Assembly: GCA_023818695.1 (NCBI GenBank)
Contig: JAMWCF010000001.1
Span: forward strand, 595,306-659,305
Direction of reading: 5' to 3'
DNA: 64,000 bases
Source of the DNA: Candidatus Omnitrophota bacterium
GTDB lineage: Bacteria; Omnitrophota; Gorgyraeia; 1-14-0-20-64-10
Positions 1 to 8,823 of this stretch are shown piece by piece (positions within the stretch are counted from its first letter, which is position 1; each line of letters opens with the position of its first letter). The notes beneath the pieces are model-generated. The model made no database searches and was not told the DNA's origin. It worked only from the letters and a program-made list of their open reading frames with translations. The position numbers and the translations under genes were made by a program.

Positions 1-222
1 GTCCAGCTCCTTGTTTCTTTCGAACGCTTCCTGCTGCTCGGGAAGCAGGAGGCTGTAGGCGTAGGCCCTGGTATCCTCCGGGCTCATGACGGGAAACTGG
101 GTCAGCGGTATCAGCCCTTCGTCCACGCGCAGCATCGGGTGGGAATTGACCGTCAGGTGAAGGTCGGATGCCTTCTGATCCACCATGAGTTGCAACATCT
201 GTTTCAACTGCGGCTTCATCAT
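1..222 (-). CDS. pilT: Type IV pilus retraction ATPase, PilT family (N-terminal 74 codons; gene continues past window start)
   Basis: Not in the ORF track because it runs off the edge. The reverse complement of 1-222 reads MMKPQLKQMLQLMVDQKASDLHLTVNSHPMLRVDEGLIPLTQFPVMSPEDTRAYAYSLL, a typical PilT/PilU N-terminus. AAGGAG lies 5 nt upstream of the ATG at 222. Confidence 0.7.
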   Translation of the reverse strand, partial: MMKPQLKQMLQLMVDQKASDLHLTVNSHPMLRVDEGLIPLTQFPVMSPEDTRAYAYSLLLPEQQEAFERNKELD

Positions 223-260
223 CGCTTCTCCTTTGGCTGATGGTGCGATCTCTTGGGTCT

Positions 261-1709
261 TCATCCTTGTGCCGCCAGCGGCCCTCCTTCACTATGAACC
301 ACCCTGTTTTTCCCCTGCTCTTTGGCCAGCCGCATCAACTGCGTTGCCTTTGCGAACAGTTCGGCGGCCGTCGAGCCGTCCAATGGGTTCTCCCCAATGC
401 CGACGGAAACGGTCAAACGCTCCTGAATCTTCTGGTCCGTCCCCTTGAACACCTGCTGCTCAATGCGCTGCCGGATTCTTTCGGCGACCCGGATGGCGTC
501 CCTCTTGTTCCTCTCCGGCAGAATGACGCAAAATTCGTTCGGGCCCAGCCGGCCCGCCCGGTCCACCTCATTGAGCTCGGAACGGATCAGCTCGGCCACC
601 TGGGCTAGCATCCGATCCGCCTCCGCGCCGCCATACGCCGCTGGAATCCGTTTGAAATCGTCCAGGTTGAAAACGGCGAGAGAGCACGGGCGGTGATACC
701 GTTTGGCCCGCATGATTTCTTCCTCCAAGCGGTTCTTGGCGTACCTGGCGTTATAAAGTCCCGTCAGCTCATCCATGATCTCCAGCTTCTTAGCCCGCTT
801 GGTCAGGAGGTCGTTCTCGATGGCGATCGCCATCTGTTTGGCGAACACCTTGAGGATGTCCTGCATGTCGTCGTCAAAGGTGAAGTCCGGCTTGTTGTTG
901 GCGCAGATGAGGATCCCGACCGACTTGCCGATCGTATGCAGAGGCTGACAGATGGCGTTGGACATCCCGAAGGCCTGCTGAAGGGAGATCTTCTCCGGGG
1001 AAAAACCGCTGTTCCGGTCGATGAGGAGGATCTTCCTCTCGGTGGAAAGCCGCTGGAGCCACGGAAAAGAGAGCGTGGAGTTCACCAGTTTTTCCGCTTT
1101 GTGGCGGTTGGCGCCCATCGCCAGCCGGACGATGAAAAGGTCCGGCTCGGAGGAGGGTTCCAGGAAAACGTTCAGTTCCGCCTCCTCCAGCTGACACAGT
1201 TTCTCCAGGATGAAAACAACCACCTCCTCCACTTTGGCCGATTGGGTGATCAGATTGCTGACCTGCAGCAGGTTGGAGAGGGTGACGATTTTTCTGTTGA
1301 TCTCCAGGTGAAGATGCCGGGTCTCTTCTCCGTATACGCGAAGCTGCGCCATGTTCTCCCGCACCCGTTCCGTGATTTCATTCAGGGCGTTGCCCAGCAC
1401 CCCGACCTCATCTTCCGCCCGGACTTGAACCTTCTGGTCAACCTGACCGGCCGCGATCTGCTTTGCGTCTTCCGCCAGCTTGATCACAGGCAGGACGAAA
1501 GAGCGGCTGACGATGAATCCCAGGATGGAAATTCCGACGACGATGGTGATGACGACCCCCAGGTCCCATGAAAATCCGGTGTTCGGAAGGGTGTAGTTTG
1601 CCAGGATGTAGAAGAGGACCAAAAGGGGAACAAGGGACATCAGGCAGAAAGCCACCACAAGCTTTTCCTTGATCCCCCTGGACATAAGGGAAAAACGGAT
1701 CCTCTTCAT
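261..1709 (-). CDS. Membrane TM-HAMP-GAF protein with degenerate GGDEF domain (signature reads GPNEF)
   Basis: ORF 261..1772. The likely start is the ATG at 1709 (MKRIRFSLMSRGIKEK...), which overlaps the upstream stop as ATGA. It has two N-terminal TM helices and a HAMP-like stretch (VLPVIKLAEDAKQIAAGQ...). A GAF-like middle region is followed by a C-terminal GGDEF fold (ELTGLYNARYAKNRLEEE...RLGPNEFCVILPE). Confidence 0.8.
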   Translation of the reverse strand: MKRIRFSLMSRGIKEKLVVAFCLMSLVPLLVLFYILANYTLPNTGFSWDLGVVITIVVGISILGFIVSRSFVLPVIKLAEDAKQIAAGQVDQKVQVRAEDEVGVLGNALNEITERVRENMAQLRVYGEETRHLHLEINRKIVTLSNLLQVSNLITQSAKVEEVVVFILEKLCQLEEAELNVFLEPSSEPDLFIVRLAMGANRHKAEKLVNSTLSFPWLQRLSTERKILLIDRNSGFSPEKISLQQAFGMSNAICQPLHTIGKSVGILICANNKPDFTFDDDMQDILKVFAKQMAIAIENDLLTKRAKKLEIMDELTGLYNARYAKNRLEEEIMRAKRYHRPCSLAVFNLDDFKRIPAAYGGAEADRMLAQVAELIRSELNEVDRAGRLGPNEFCVILPERNKRDAIRVAERIRQRIEQQVFKGTDQKIQERLTVSVGIGENPLDGSTAAELFAKATQLMRLAKEQGKNRVVHSEGGPLAAQG

Positions 1710-1891
1710 TTCGGACCCCGCTGGCATTGCTCTTTCATCCATCGGTCGATCTCTTCTTTGTGAAACCGCCATTGTCTGCCGATCTTGGTGGCGGGGATGG
1801 CCTGATCTTTAGCAAGCCGGTAAACGGTAAACCGGCTGACCTGCATATAGGCCGCCACTTCGTCAATGGTCATTAATCGATCCATCATCAT
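1706..1891 (-). CDS. Excisionase/MerR-superfamily helix-turn-helix DNA-binding protein (61 aa)
   Basis: LMTIDEVAAYMQVSRFTVYRLAKDQAIPATKIGRQWRFHKEEIDRWM matches the excisionase-family HTH pattern. Confidence 0.75.
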   Translation of the reverse strand: MMMDRLMTIDEVAAYMQVSRFTVYRLAKDQAIPATKIGRQWRFHKEEIDRWMKEQCQRGPK

Positions 1892-1986
1892 CCCCTCTAA
1901 GACCAGCAGAGCTTATTCAGACGATAAAAAATCATTTTCTTATCACTCAACGCAAGTATGTCCTATTCCTGCTCAATAATTCAAGC

Positions 1987-2021
1987 TTGTGCAAATAGGC
2001 CAAAAGTGTGTTTTTGCACAA
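1987..2021. repeat. Perfect 9-bp inverted repeat TTGTGCAAA-N17-TTTGCACAA in the rodA/HTH intergenic region
   Basis: Read directly: ttgtgcaaa at 1987-1995 and tttgcacaa at 2013-2021 are exact reverse complements. Confidence 0.6.
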
Positions 2022-2132
2022 AAACGACAGCCGTCGGGAGTCAAATATAATAGGTAGGAAGCCGACCGATACCGGCGGAATCAAAGAAAAAATTTTGGAC
2101 GGCAACCGGATTTCAAGCTGGTGAGGAGCCGG

Positions 2133-3236
2133 CTAGGAATAGAGCGGGCGGCGAACTCCCACGGAAAGAATAACGCCGATCGCCACCAGACAGGTCAAAG
2201 TCCAGGACCCGCCGTAGCTCAAGAAGGGCAATGGGAGCCCCACCACCGGCATCAAACCCATCGTCATGCCGATGTTCACAATGACGTGGAACCACAAAAT
2301 CGTCATCAGCCCCACAATCAGCAGACGGCCGAACGGATCCCTCGTCTGGGTCGCGATCAAAAGGGCCCTGTAAAAGAGGGCCGCGAAAAGCGCCAGGCAC
2401 ACCGTCGTGCCGACAAAACCCCATTCTTCACCCACAATGGAGAAGATGAAGTCGGTGTGCCGCTCCGGAAGGAAATTGAGCTGGTTCTGCGTCCCTCCAA
2501 ACCAGCCCTTGCCCCACCATCCCCCCGAACCGATCGCCACTTTCGACTGGACCACCGTATAGCCGGCTCCGAGGGGGTCCAGGTTCGGGTTGAGGAAAAC
2601 CATCAGGCGGGAACGCTGATAGTCGGCCAGAAAATTCCACAAGACCGGGACCAGGGCGATTCCAGTCCCGACGACAAGCCACAGGACCTTCATCCGGATC
2701 CCCCAGACCAAAAGCATGGCAAGCGTCATGGGGATGAAACTGGACGCCGTCCCCAGGTTCGGCTCCTTCAGGATCAGTACCATCGGAAGTCCAGCCAACA
2801 GGCCGGCGCCGAAAAGCTGCTTCCAGCCGGAACCGGCCGTGTCCCGCTGGCTGCCGAGATACCTGGCCAGCACCAGCGCGGTCGTGATTTTGGCGAATTC
2901 TGACGGCTGGATCGTCAAACCTCCCACGCTCAACCATCTTTGGGCCCCACCCCTGACGACGCCCAATTCCAGGACGAGGATGAGAAGCAGCATATTCAAG
3001 CCGTACGCGACATACGCCCATTCAAGCCAGCGATGATAATCGATGCTGACCAGCACCACGGCGATCAGGGCCCCCATGGCGGCCCATACCATCTGCCGAT
3101 GAAGATAGCTGACCCCCATCTGTTGCGCCTTCTGAAAGGAAGCGCTGTAAAGGATCAGCAGGCCGATCCCCAGCAAAGCGGCGGTGATGAAGAGAGTCGG
3201 CCTGTCGATCCCCCGCAGTTGGCGCCACGTCAACAT
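2133..3236 (-). CDS. rodA: Peptidoglycan glycosyltransferase RodA (SEDS family)
   Basis: 367-aa multi-TM FtsW/RodA/SpoVE-type sequence (LGTASSF, PERHTDFIFS, GLPLPFLSYGGS). It lies directly downstream of PBP2 with a 1-nt overlap. Confidence 0.9.
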   Translation of the reverse strand: MLTWRQLRGIDRPTLFITAALLGIGLLILYSASFQKAQQMGVSYLHRQMVWAAMGALIAVVLVSIDYHRWLEWAYVAYGLNMLLLILVLELGVVRGGAQRWLSVGGLTIQPSEFAKITTALVLARYLGSQRDTAGSGWKQLFGAGLLAGLPMVLILKEPNLGTASSFIPMTLAMLLVWGIRMKVLWLVVGTGIALVPVLWNFLADYQRSRLMVFLNPNLDPLGAGYTVVQSKVAIGSGGWWGKGWFGGTQNQLNFLPERHTDFIFSIVGEEWGFVGTTVCLALFAALFYRALLIATQTRDPFGRLLIVGLMTILWFHVIVNIGMTMGLMPVVGLPLPFLSYGGSWTLTCLVAIGVILSVGVRRPLYS

Positions 3237-4966
3237 TACACGTACCCCAGTTCATGAAGGTAAACCAGCATATCCCGGACCAGAAGAGCCGCTTCCGCGC
3301 CGCCCCGGCCCCCGTGCTCCAAAAAGACGACGAAAGACACTTTCGGATCTCGCGGCGGGGAATAACCGGCAAACCACGCATGGCTCTGCCCTTTCCCGGA
3401 TTGAGCCGTCCCGGTCTTGCCGGCGGCCGGAATGCCGGGCAGTTGGGCCAAACGGCCCGTTCCGCTGTCGGAGCTGACGACCCGTTCCATCCCGGCCTTC
3501 ACCCGCTCCAGAACCTCTTTCTTGAACTCAAGCTGGCGGACCTCATACGCTTTCCCTTTTCGCTCTCCTTCAATCTCAAGCACCAGGTGCGGCTGTGGAA
3601 TCCGTCCCTCCATCGCGATCGCGGTGAAAAGCTGGAGGATTTGAATCGGCGTGGCCGTCAAAGCGCTTTGCCCGATGGCAAAGGAGAGGGTGTCCCCTTC
3701 CTGCCAGGGCTGCTGATGGGCTGTTTTCATCCAGGAGGGATTGGGGATAAAACCGATGCCCTCCCTGGGCAAGTCGATCTTGGTCTTTTGACCGAAACCG
3801 AACGACTCGGCTGCGTGACCGATTCCCTCCGGTCCCAGCCGGCGGCCGGTATTGTAGAAAAAGACATTGCAGGAGTGCTCAAGGGCGCGGATCACATCCT
3901 GCGGACCGTGCCCGGGATCCCACCAACAACGGAAGACGGACCTGCCGAGTTTGAACTCTCCGCCGCATTCAAAATGCGTCCCTCCCGTGATCTTCCCTTC
4001 CTGAAGTGCTTCGGAGGCAACAGCCACCTTGAAGGTGGAACCCGGAGGGACGGCGGACCGGATCGCCCGATTGAACATGGGCCTCTCCCTGGAGCGCAGG
4101 TAATTCCGAACCTCCTGCCGGCGGCTGAAATCCAGAAAAGCGTTTGGATCGAAAGTGGGGGCGCTGACGAGAGCCAGAATCTCGCCGCTGCGGGGCTCCA
4201 TAATGATGATGGCCCCCTTCTGCTCCGCCAGGAGCTGATGACAGAACTGCTGCAGCCGACCATCCAGAGAAACCCGGACCTGCCGTCCCCTCTGCGGAGG
4301 CAGGTATCCCATTTGACGGACCATGCGCCCGCGGTGATCCACCTCCACCTGCAGACCGCCGGAGTGCCCGCGCAAATACGGGTCGTACATCTGCTCTAAA
4401 CCGTCCTTGCCGACATAATCGCGGATCGTGTAACCGTACGGCTTCAGGCGGGTCAGCTCTTTTTCGGAAATCAACCCCAGATACCCCATCACCGGTCCAA
4501 GCGAAGCCCCCAGCAGGTAGCGGCGCTTCGGAATAGGCCGGACCAGCGTCCCGGGCAATTCACTCTTTTTCTCTTCGAGAAGAAACGCGGTGGCGGGTGG
4601 AAGATTGTGCACCAGCGTCACGGGAGCGAAAGGGGCCTGGTAGCCCCGCCGGTACGCCCTCGCCAGCTCTTCAGTGGAACGCTCGACAATGGGAGCCAGC
4701 TGCCGCCACAGGAGGGAGGGGCTGTCGACCTCCTGCGGAAAAACGGCGAGTTCAAAACTCATCTGGTCTTCAACCAGTGGGATCCCGTGCCGGTCCACGA
4801 CCGCCCCGCGCGAGGCCGGCAAAGGGACCAGCCGGATCCGGTTTTTGTCGGCTTTCTGCCGGTAGTAAGCCCCCTCCACAACCTGGTGGTGCAGCAACCC
4901 CACCCAGAGAAGGAGGAGGGCGGACATAATCACACGCTGCAGGAAAAGAAGGCGCATTCCAATCAT
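3236..4966 (-). CDS. mrdA: Penicillin-binding protein 2 (elongasome transpeptidase)
   Basis: N-terminal TM anchor plus the transpeptidase motifs STFK (GSTFKV), SCN (EHSCNVFF) and KTGTA. It is located between mreD and rodA. Confidence 0.9.
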   Translation of the reverse strand: MIGMRLLFLQRVIMSALLLLWVGLLHHQVVEGAYYRQKADKNRIRLVPLPASRGAVVDRHGIPLVEDQMSFELAVFPQEVDSPSLLWRQLAPIVERSTEELARAYRRGYQAPFAPVTLVHNLPPATAFLLEEKKSELPGTLVRPIPKRRYLLGASLGPVMGYLGLISEKELTRLKPYGYTIRDYVGKDGLEQMYDPYLRGHSGGLQVEVDHRGRMVRQMGYLPPQRGRQVRVSLDGRLQQFCHQLLAEQKGAIIIMEPRSGEILALVSAPTFDPNAFLDFSRRQEVRNYLRSRERPMFNRAIRSAVPPGSTFKVAVASEALQEGKITGGTHFECGGEFKLGRSVFRCWWDPGHGPQDVIRALEHSCNVFFYNTGRRLGPEGIGHAAESFGFGQKTKIDLPREGIGFIPNPSWMKTAHQQPWQEGDTLSFAIGQSALTATPIQILQLFTAIAMEGRIPQPHLVLEIEGERKGKAYEVRQLEFKKEVLERVKAGMERVVSSDSGTGRLAQLPGIPAAGKTGTAQSGKGQSHAWFAGYSPPRDPKVSFVVFLEHGGRGGAEAALLVRDMLVYLHELGYV

Positions 4967-4979
4967 CGGAAGAAGAGTC

Positions 4980-5495
4980 CTATCGGTCGACCCAAATGTG
5001 AATTTTTCTTTCCCGGCTGATCCTCAAGAAACGGCGCAGCAAAGGAAACAGCCAAAACGCACAGGCGCCGTTGACCGCCATCAGAACGGGAAGAATCAGC
5101 CACCACCACCGGTTCCAACCAACCATCGGGTCCGCCGCCACCGTCAAAAACCCGTAACAGAATTCCTGCAGACCGCTTAAAAGACCCACCCAGACCGCCA
5201 GAATGAAGGGATCCTCTTTCTCCACCATATGCCCGAACGCCCCCCACAGCCACCCGACGGCGGCAAAAGAGCAGGCGGCCGCTCCGAAAAGCCCCCCCGT
5301 CGCGGCGTCCCGCAGGAGTCCCAGTCCAAAACCCTGCGCCCAGAGGGGACGCCTTTCCTTCGAATGCGTTCCCATGAAAGCAAACAAAAGGAACAAGGGA
5401 TTGAAAAGGGACCTCCCGAACGGCACCAGGGGCACAAGTATGAAATCGGCGGACCAGCAGAAAAAAACTATGAGGAGGAATCGGAAAAGGGCCAC
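4980..5495 (-). CDS. mreD: Rod shape-determining protein MreD
   Basis: 171-aa polytopic membrane protein immediately after mreC. Assignment rests on position and hydrophobic profile. Confidence 0.75.
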   Translation of the reverse strand: MALFRFLLIVFFCWSADFILVPLVPFGRSLFNPLFLLFAFMGTHSKERRPLWAQGFGLGLLRDAATGGLFGAAACSFAAVGWLWGAFGHMVEKEDPFILAVWVGLLSGLQEFCYGFLTVAADPMVGWNRWWWLILPVLMAVNGACAFWLFPLLRRFLRISRERKIHIWVDR

Positions 5496-6283
5496 TTCAC
5501 CACCAAAACTTCTTCCACAGAGCCCAGATCGACGGCCGGTTTCAGCCGGGCCGTCTGGAACAGCCGGGAGGCATCCTCCACGACAACCGAGATGGAACCG
5601 ATGGCGATGTCGGCGGGGCAGAAGCTGACGCCCCCTGACGAGAGAACCTTATCACCTTCTTTTAACACCACGCCCAGAGGGATGTAGGTCAAAAGAGAAT
5701 CTCCGGAGGAGGTGGCGATCACCAGCCCCATGTCCCTGGATTGGGAAGCGACGGCTGACACCCTGAAGTGGGGGTCGTTCAACAGCATCACCCGGCTGAC
5801 CTCTTTGCCGACCTCGCTCAGCCGGCCGACCAACCCGGACGGCGCAATCACCGCCATGCCGTTTTTAAGACCGTGGCGTTGCCCCCTGTCGATCAGAAGG
5901 GTTCGCGACCAGCTTCCGAATTCCCTTCCGATCACTTCGGCAGGAACAAGCTCCCACCGGCTGTTCCTCTTCAGATCCAAAAGAGCCCTCAAGCGCTCGT
6001 TTTCCTCGAACAGCCCCCGGTGGGTCTCTTCGTGAGCGGAAAGGGTCATCACCTGCAGACGCAGGAACCGGTTCTCTTCCTGGAGAAAGGGCCATTGAAA
6101 GATCCCGAGGACGAAATGCTCGAACCCCACCTGGAAAGACCGGACCCCCTCCAGAGCCGGCTTGAGGACCGCCGCCAGACCCAGGCGCGTGCCGGAGCCG
6201 ATCTGTTGAGAAACAGAAGGCAACCAGAGGGGGGAGAAGGCGAGAAAAGCCAATACCGCGTACCGTTCTAAGTAACGACGCAT
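5468..6283 (-). CDS. mreC: Rod shape-determining protein MreC
   Basis: N-terminal anchor, coiled-coil (ENRFLRLQVMTLSAHEETHRGLFEENERLRALL) and a beta-rich C-terminal region (GMAVIAPSGLVGRL). It follows mreB. Confidence 0.85.
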   Translation of the reverse strand: MRRYLERYAVLAFLAFSPLWLPSVSQQIGSGTRLGLAAVLKPALEGVRSFQVGFEHFVLGIFQWPFLQEENRFLRLQVMTLSAHEETHRGLFEENERLRALLDLKRNSRWELVPAEVIGREFGSWSRTLLIDRGQRHGLKNGMAVIAPSGLVGRLSEVGKEVSRVMLLNDPHFRVSAVASQSRDMGLVIATSSGDSLLTYIPLGVVLKEGDKVLSSGGVSFCPADIAIGSISVVVEDASRLFQTARLKPAVDLGSVEEVLVVKWPFSDSSS

Positions 6284-6309
6284 GAAAAAAGATGTGAGGC
6301 GCTTTAAAT

Positions 6310-7338
6310 CTACGATTCATGCCACCGGGAAGCGGTGGTCGCCACCCGGCGCAGGGTCTTCAAATCGTTGAGGTATTTGCCGGTACCCAATGCCACAGCG
6401 GTGATCGGATCGTCCGCTAAGTGAAACGGCAGTCCCGTCTCTTCGGCCAGAAGCTTGTCGATCCCCTTCAGCAGAGATCCCCCGCCGGCCAGCACCACCC
6501 CTCTTTCAATCAGGTCGGAGGAAAGCTCCGGCGGCGTCCGTTCCAGCGTGATACGGACCGCTTCCGTGATCTGGGCCAGGGGCTCGGCGAGCGCCTCCCG
6601 GATTTCCTCGGAAGCGACAGTGACCGTCTTGGGCAGGCCGGCGATCAGATCCCGGCCCCGGACCTCCATCGTCACCTCCTGATCGAGAGGATAGGCGGAG
6701 CCGATCTTGACTTTGATCTCTTCGGCCGTCCGTTCGCCGATCATGAGATTATACGTTTTCTTCAGATGCTGGATGATCGCATCATCCATCTCGTCCCCGC
6801 CGACCCGGATCGATTTTGAAAAGACACTATCGGCGAGAGAAATAACCGCGATCTCCGTGGTACCGCCGCCGATATCAACCACCATGTTTCCGGCCGGCTC
6901 CTGGATCGGCAGCCCTACTCCAATGGCCGCCGCAATCGGTTCGGGTACCAGATGGACCTCCCGCGCACCGGCATGCAAAGCAGAATCCCTGACGGCCCGC
7001 TTCTCCACCTCGGTGATACCGGAGGGAACGGCGATCACCATGCGGGGCCGGACAATAACCCGGCGCGTCTGCACCTTTTTGATGAAGTGGCGCAGCATCT
7101 GCTCGGTGACGTCGAAATCGGCGATCACGCCGTCTTTCATGGGACGGATGGCCAGGATGGAACCGGGGGTGCGGCCCAGCATCCTCTTGGCCTCTTCCCC
7201 GACCGCCAGGACCTCTCCCCCATGGCGGGGAATGGCGACGACGGAGGGTTCGCACAGAACGATTCCCTGCCCCTTCGCGTAAACGAGAGTGGTTGCGGTG
7301 CCGAGATCTATCCCCATATCATTGGAGATCAATCCCAT
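6310..7338 (-). CDS. mreB: Actin-like rod shape protein MreB
   Basis: [36 protein letters not shown]... and [14 protein letters not shown] are canonical MreB blocks. The track ORF extends to 7383, but the ATG at 7338 gives the usual N-terminus. Confidence 0.95.
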   Translation of the reverse strand: MGLISNDMGIDLGTATTLVYAKGQGIVLCEPSVVAIPRHGGEVLAVGEEAKRMLGRTPGSILAIRPMKDGVIADFDVTEQMLRHFIKKVQTRRVIVRPRMVIAVPSGITEVEKRAVRDSALHAGAREVHLVPEPIAAAIGVGLPIQEPAGNMVVDIGGGTTEIAVISLADSVFSKSIRVGGDEMDDAIIQHLKKTYNLMIGERTAEEIKVKIGSAYPLDQEVTMEVRGRDLIAGLPKTVTVASEEIREALAEPLAQITEAVRITLERTPPELSSDLIERGVVLAGGGSLLKGIDKLLAEETGLPFHLADDPITAVALGTGKYLNDLKTLRRVATTASRWHES

Positions 7339-7491
7339 CACACCATGATAGGCGCCGTTGGTCCAATGGCCGTTTTCGGGCATCTCTGCGGTAGGTCCTT
7401 TTAAATATTAAGGAAAGCTGTATCCTGTTGAGGTGAAACGAGCTAGCTTATTCTAGCAACCTTTTTCCCGACGTGTCAATCAGTTTCCTTC

Positions 7492-8781
7492 CTAACAGAC
7501 CTCTTCCAGCAGTTTCGGAAAATCGGGGAAAGAGATGTTCACCCATTCGAACCCTTCGATAACGGTGGGACCACCGGCCGTCAACGCGGCCACGGCAAGG
7601 GCCATGGCGGTCCGGTGATCGGAGAATGACCGGACCCGCGCTCCTTTCAGACGGACTGGCCCCTCAATGAAAACAGTATCCCCTTCAGCATGGATGCGCG
7701 CCCCCATCGCGGAGAGTCCCTCAACCATGGAATCGATCCTGTCCGTCTCCTTGACCCGCAGCTCTCCCGCCCCTCGGATCACCGTAGTCCCCTGGGCTTG
7801 AGTGGCCGCCACCATCAAAATCGGCAGCTCATCGATGAGCCGGGGAATCTCCTGCGGCTCAATGACGACCGCTTTCAGGGGACCGAAGGAGGCCGTGATC
7901 TCGCCGACCGGTTCCCAGCCGGTTTCTTTTTTATCTGGCGAGAGAACCAGACGCGCTCCCATCCGGGTGAGCAGATCTAGAACGCCTGTGCGGGTCGGGT
8001 TCAACCCGATCCGGCAGGTCGTCAGGGAAGAACCGGGAACGATGGAGGCGGCAACTAAAAAGAAAGCGGCGCTTGAGATGTCGGCCGGAACGGACAGCTC
8101 CCTCCCTCGCAGACTGTCCGATGGTTCCACCGTCACCTCGGTACCGCTGTTGCGTTTCAAGCGGGCCCCCAGGAAGGAGAGCATCCTTTCCGTGTGATCG
8201 CGCGAAAGAACCGGCTCCTTCACACTGGTCGGCCCCTGCGCGTAGAGACCCGCCAGCAAGACAGCCGACTTGACCTGGGCGCTGGGAATCGGGGAGACGT
8301 AGCGGATCCCTTTCAGGCGCCCTCCCTTGACCGTCAAAGGCAACAGATCTCCTCCCTTTGGACCCCGGATCTCGGCCCCCATTCTTTCCAGGGGCTCCGT
8401 CACCCTTTTCATGGGTCGGCGGGAAAGAGACTCATCTCCCTTGAGCGTGGAAGAGAAAGGCTGACCGGCCAGGATTCCCATGAGAAGCCTGGTGGTGGTC
8501 CCGGAATTGCCCATATCCAGCTCCTGTCTGGGCGGTTTTAATCCGTGCAGGCCTTTGCCCTGGACAAGAACGGCCCCATCCTTATCCTGGACCTCAACGC
8601 CGAGTTCTTCCACCGCCCTCCGGCTCGCCTCGACATCCGCCGATTTGAGGCAGTGAAGGATCCGTGTGGTCCCCTTGCTGATGGCCCCCAATAAAATGGA
8701 GCGGTGGGAAATTGACTTGTCTCCGGGAAAATGCAACCGGCCTGAGAGACCCCGGGCAGGATGTACGACGAAGTCAGCCAT
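7492..8781 (-). CDS. aroA: 3-phosphoshikimate 1-carboxyvinyltransferase (EPSP synthase)
   Basis: 429 aa with LPGDKSISHRSILL, GNSGTTTRLL and KETDRI blocks typical of AroA. Confidence 0.95.
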   Translation of the reverse strand: MADFVVHPARGLSGRLHFPGDKSISHRSILLGAISKGTTRILHCLKSADVEASRRAVEELGVEVQDKDGAVLVQGKGLHGLKPPRQELDMGNSGTTTRLLMGILAGQPFSSTLKGDESLSRRPMKRVTEPLERMGAEIRGPKGGDLLPLTVKGGRLKGIRYVSPIPSAQVKSAVLLAGLYAQGPTSVKEPVLSRDHTERMLSFLGARLKRNSGTEVTVEPSDSLRGRELSVPADISSAAFFLVAASIVPGSSLTTCRIGLNPTRTGVLDLLTRMGARLVLSPDKKETGWEPVGEITASFGPLKAVVIEPQEIPRLIDELPILMVAATQAQGTTVIRGAGELRVKETDRIDSMVEGLSAMGARIHAEGDTVFIEGPVRLKGARVRSFSDHRTAMALAVAALTAGGPTVIEGFEWVNISFPDFPKLLEEVC

Positions 8782-8823
8782 TGTGGATTCCAGCGAGACG
8801 AAAAGATAACGCCACCAGGCGGG

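Noticed and set aside
1892-2132. Possible sigma-54 promoter (TTGGCCTATTTGCACA on the minus strand) upstream of the HTH/GGDEF pair.
   Set aside because: The GG and GC dinucleotides are 3 nt too close compared with the TGGCAC-N5-TTGC consensus. Spacing is critical for sigma-54.
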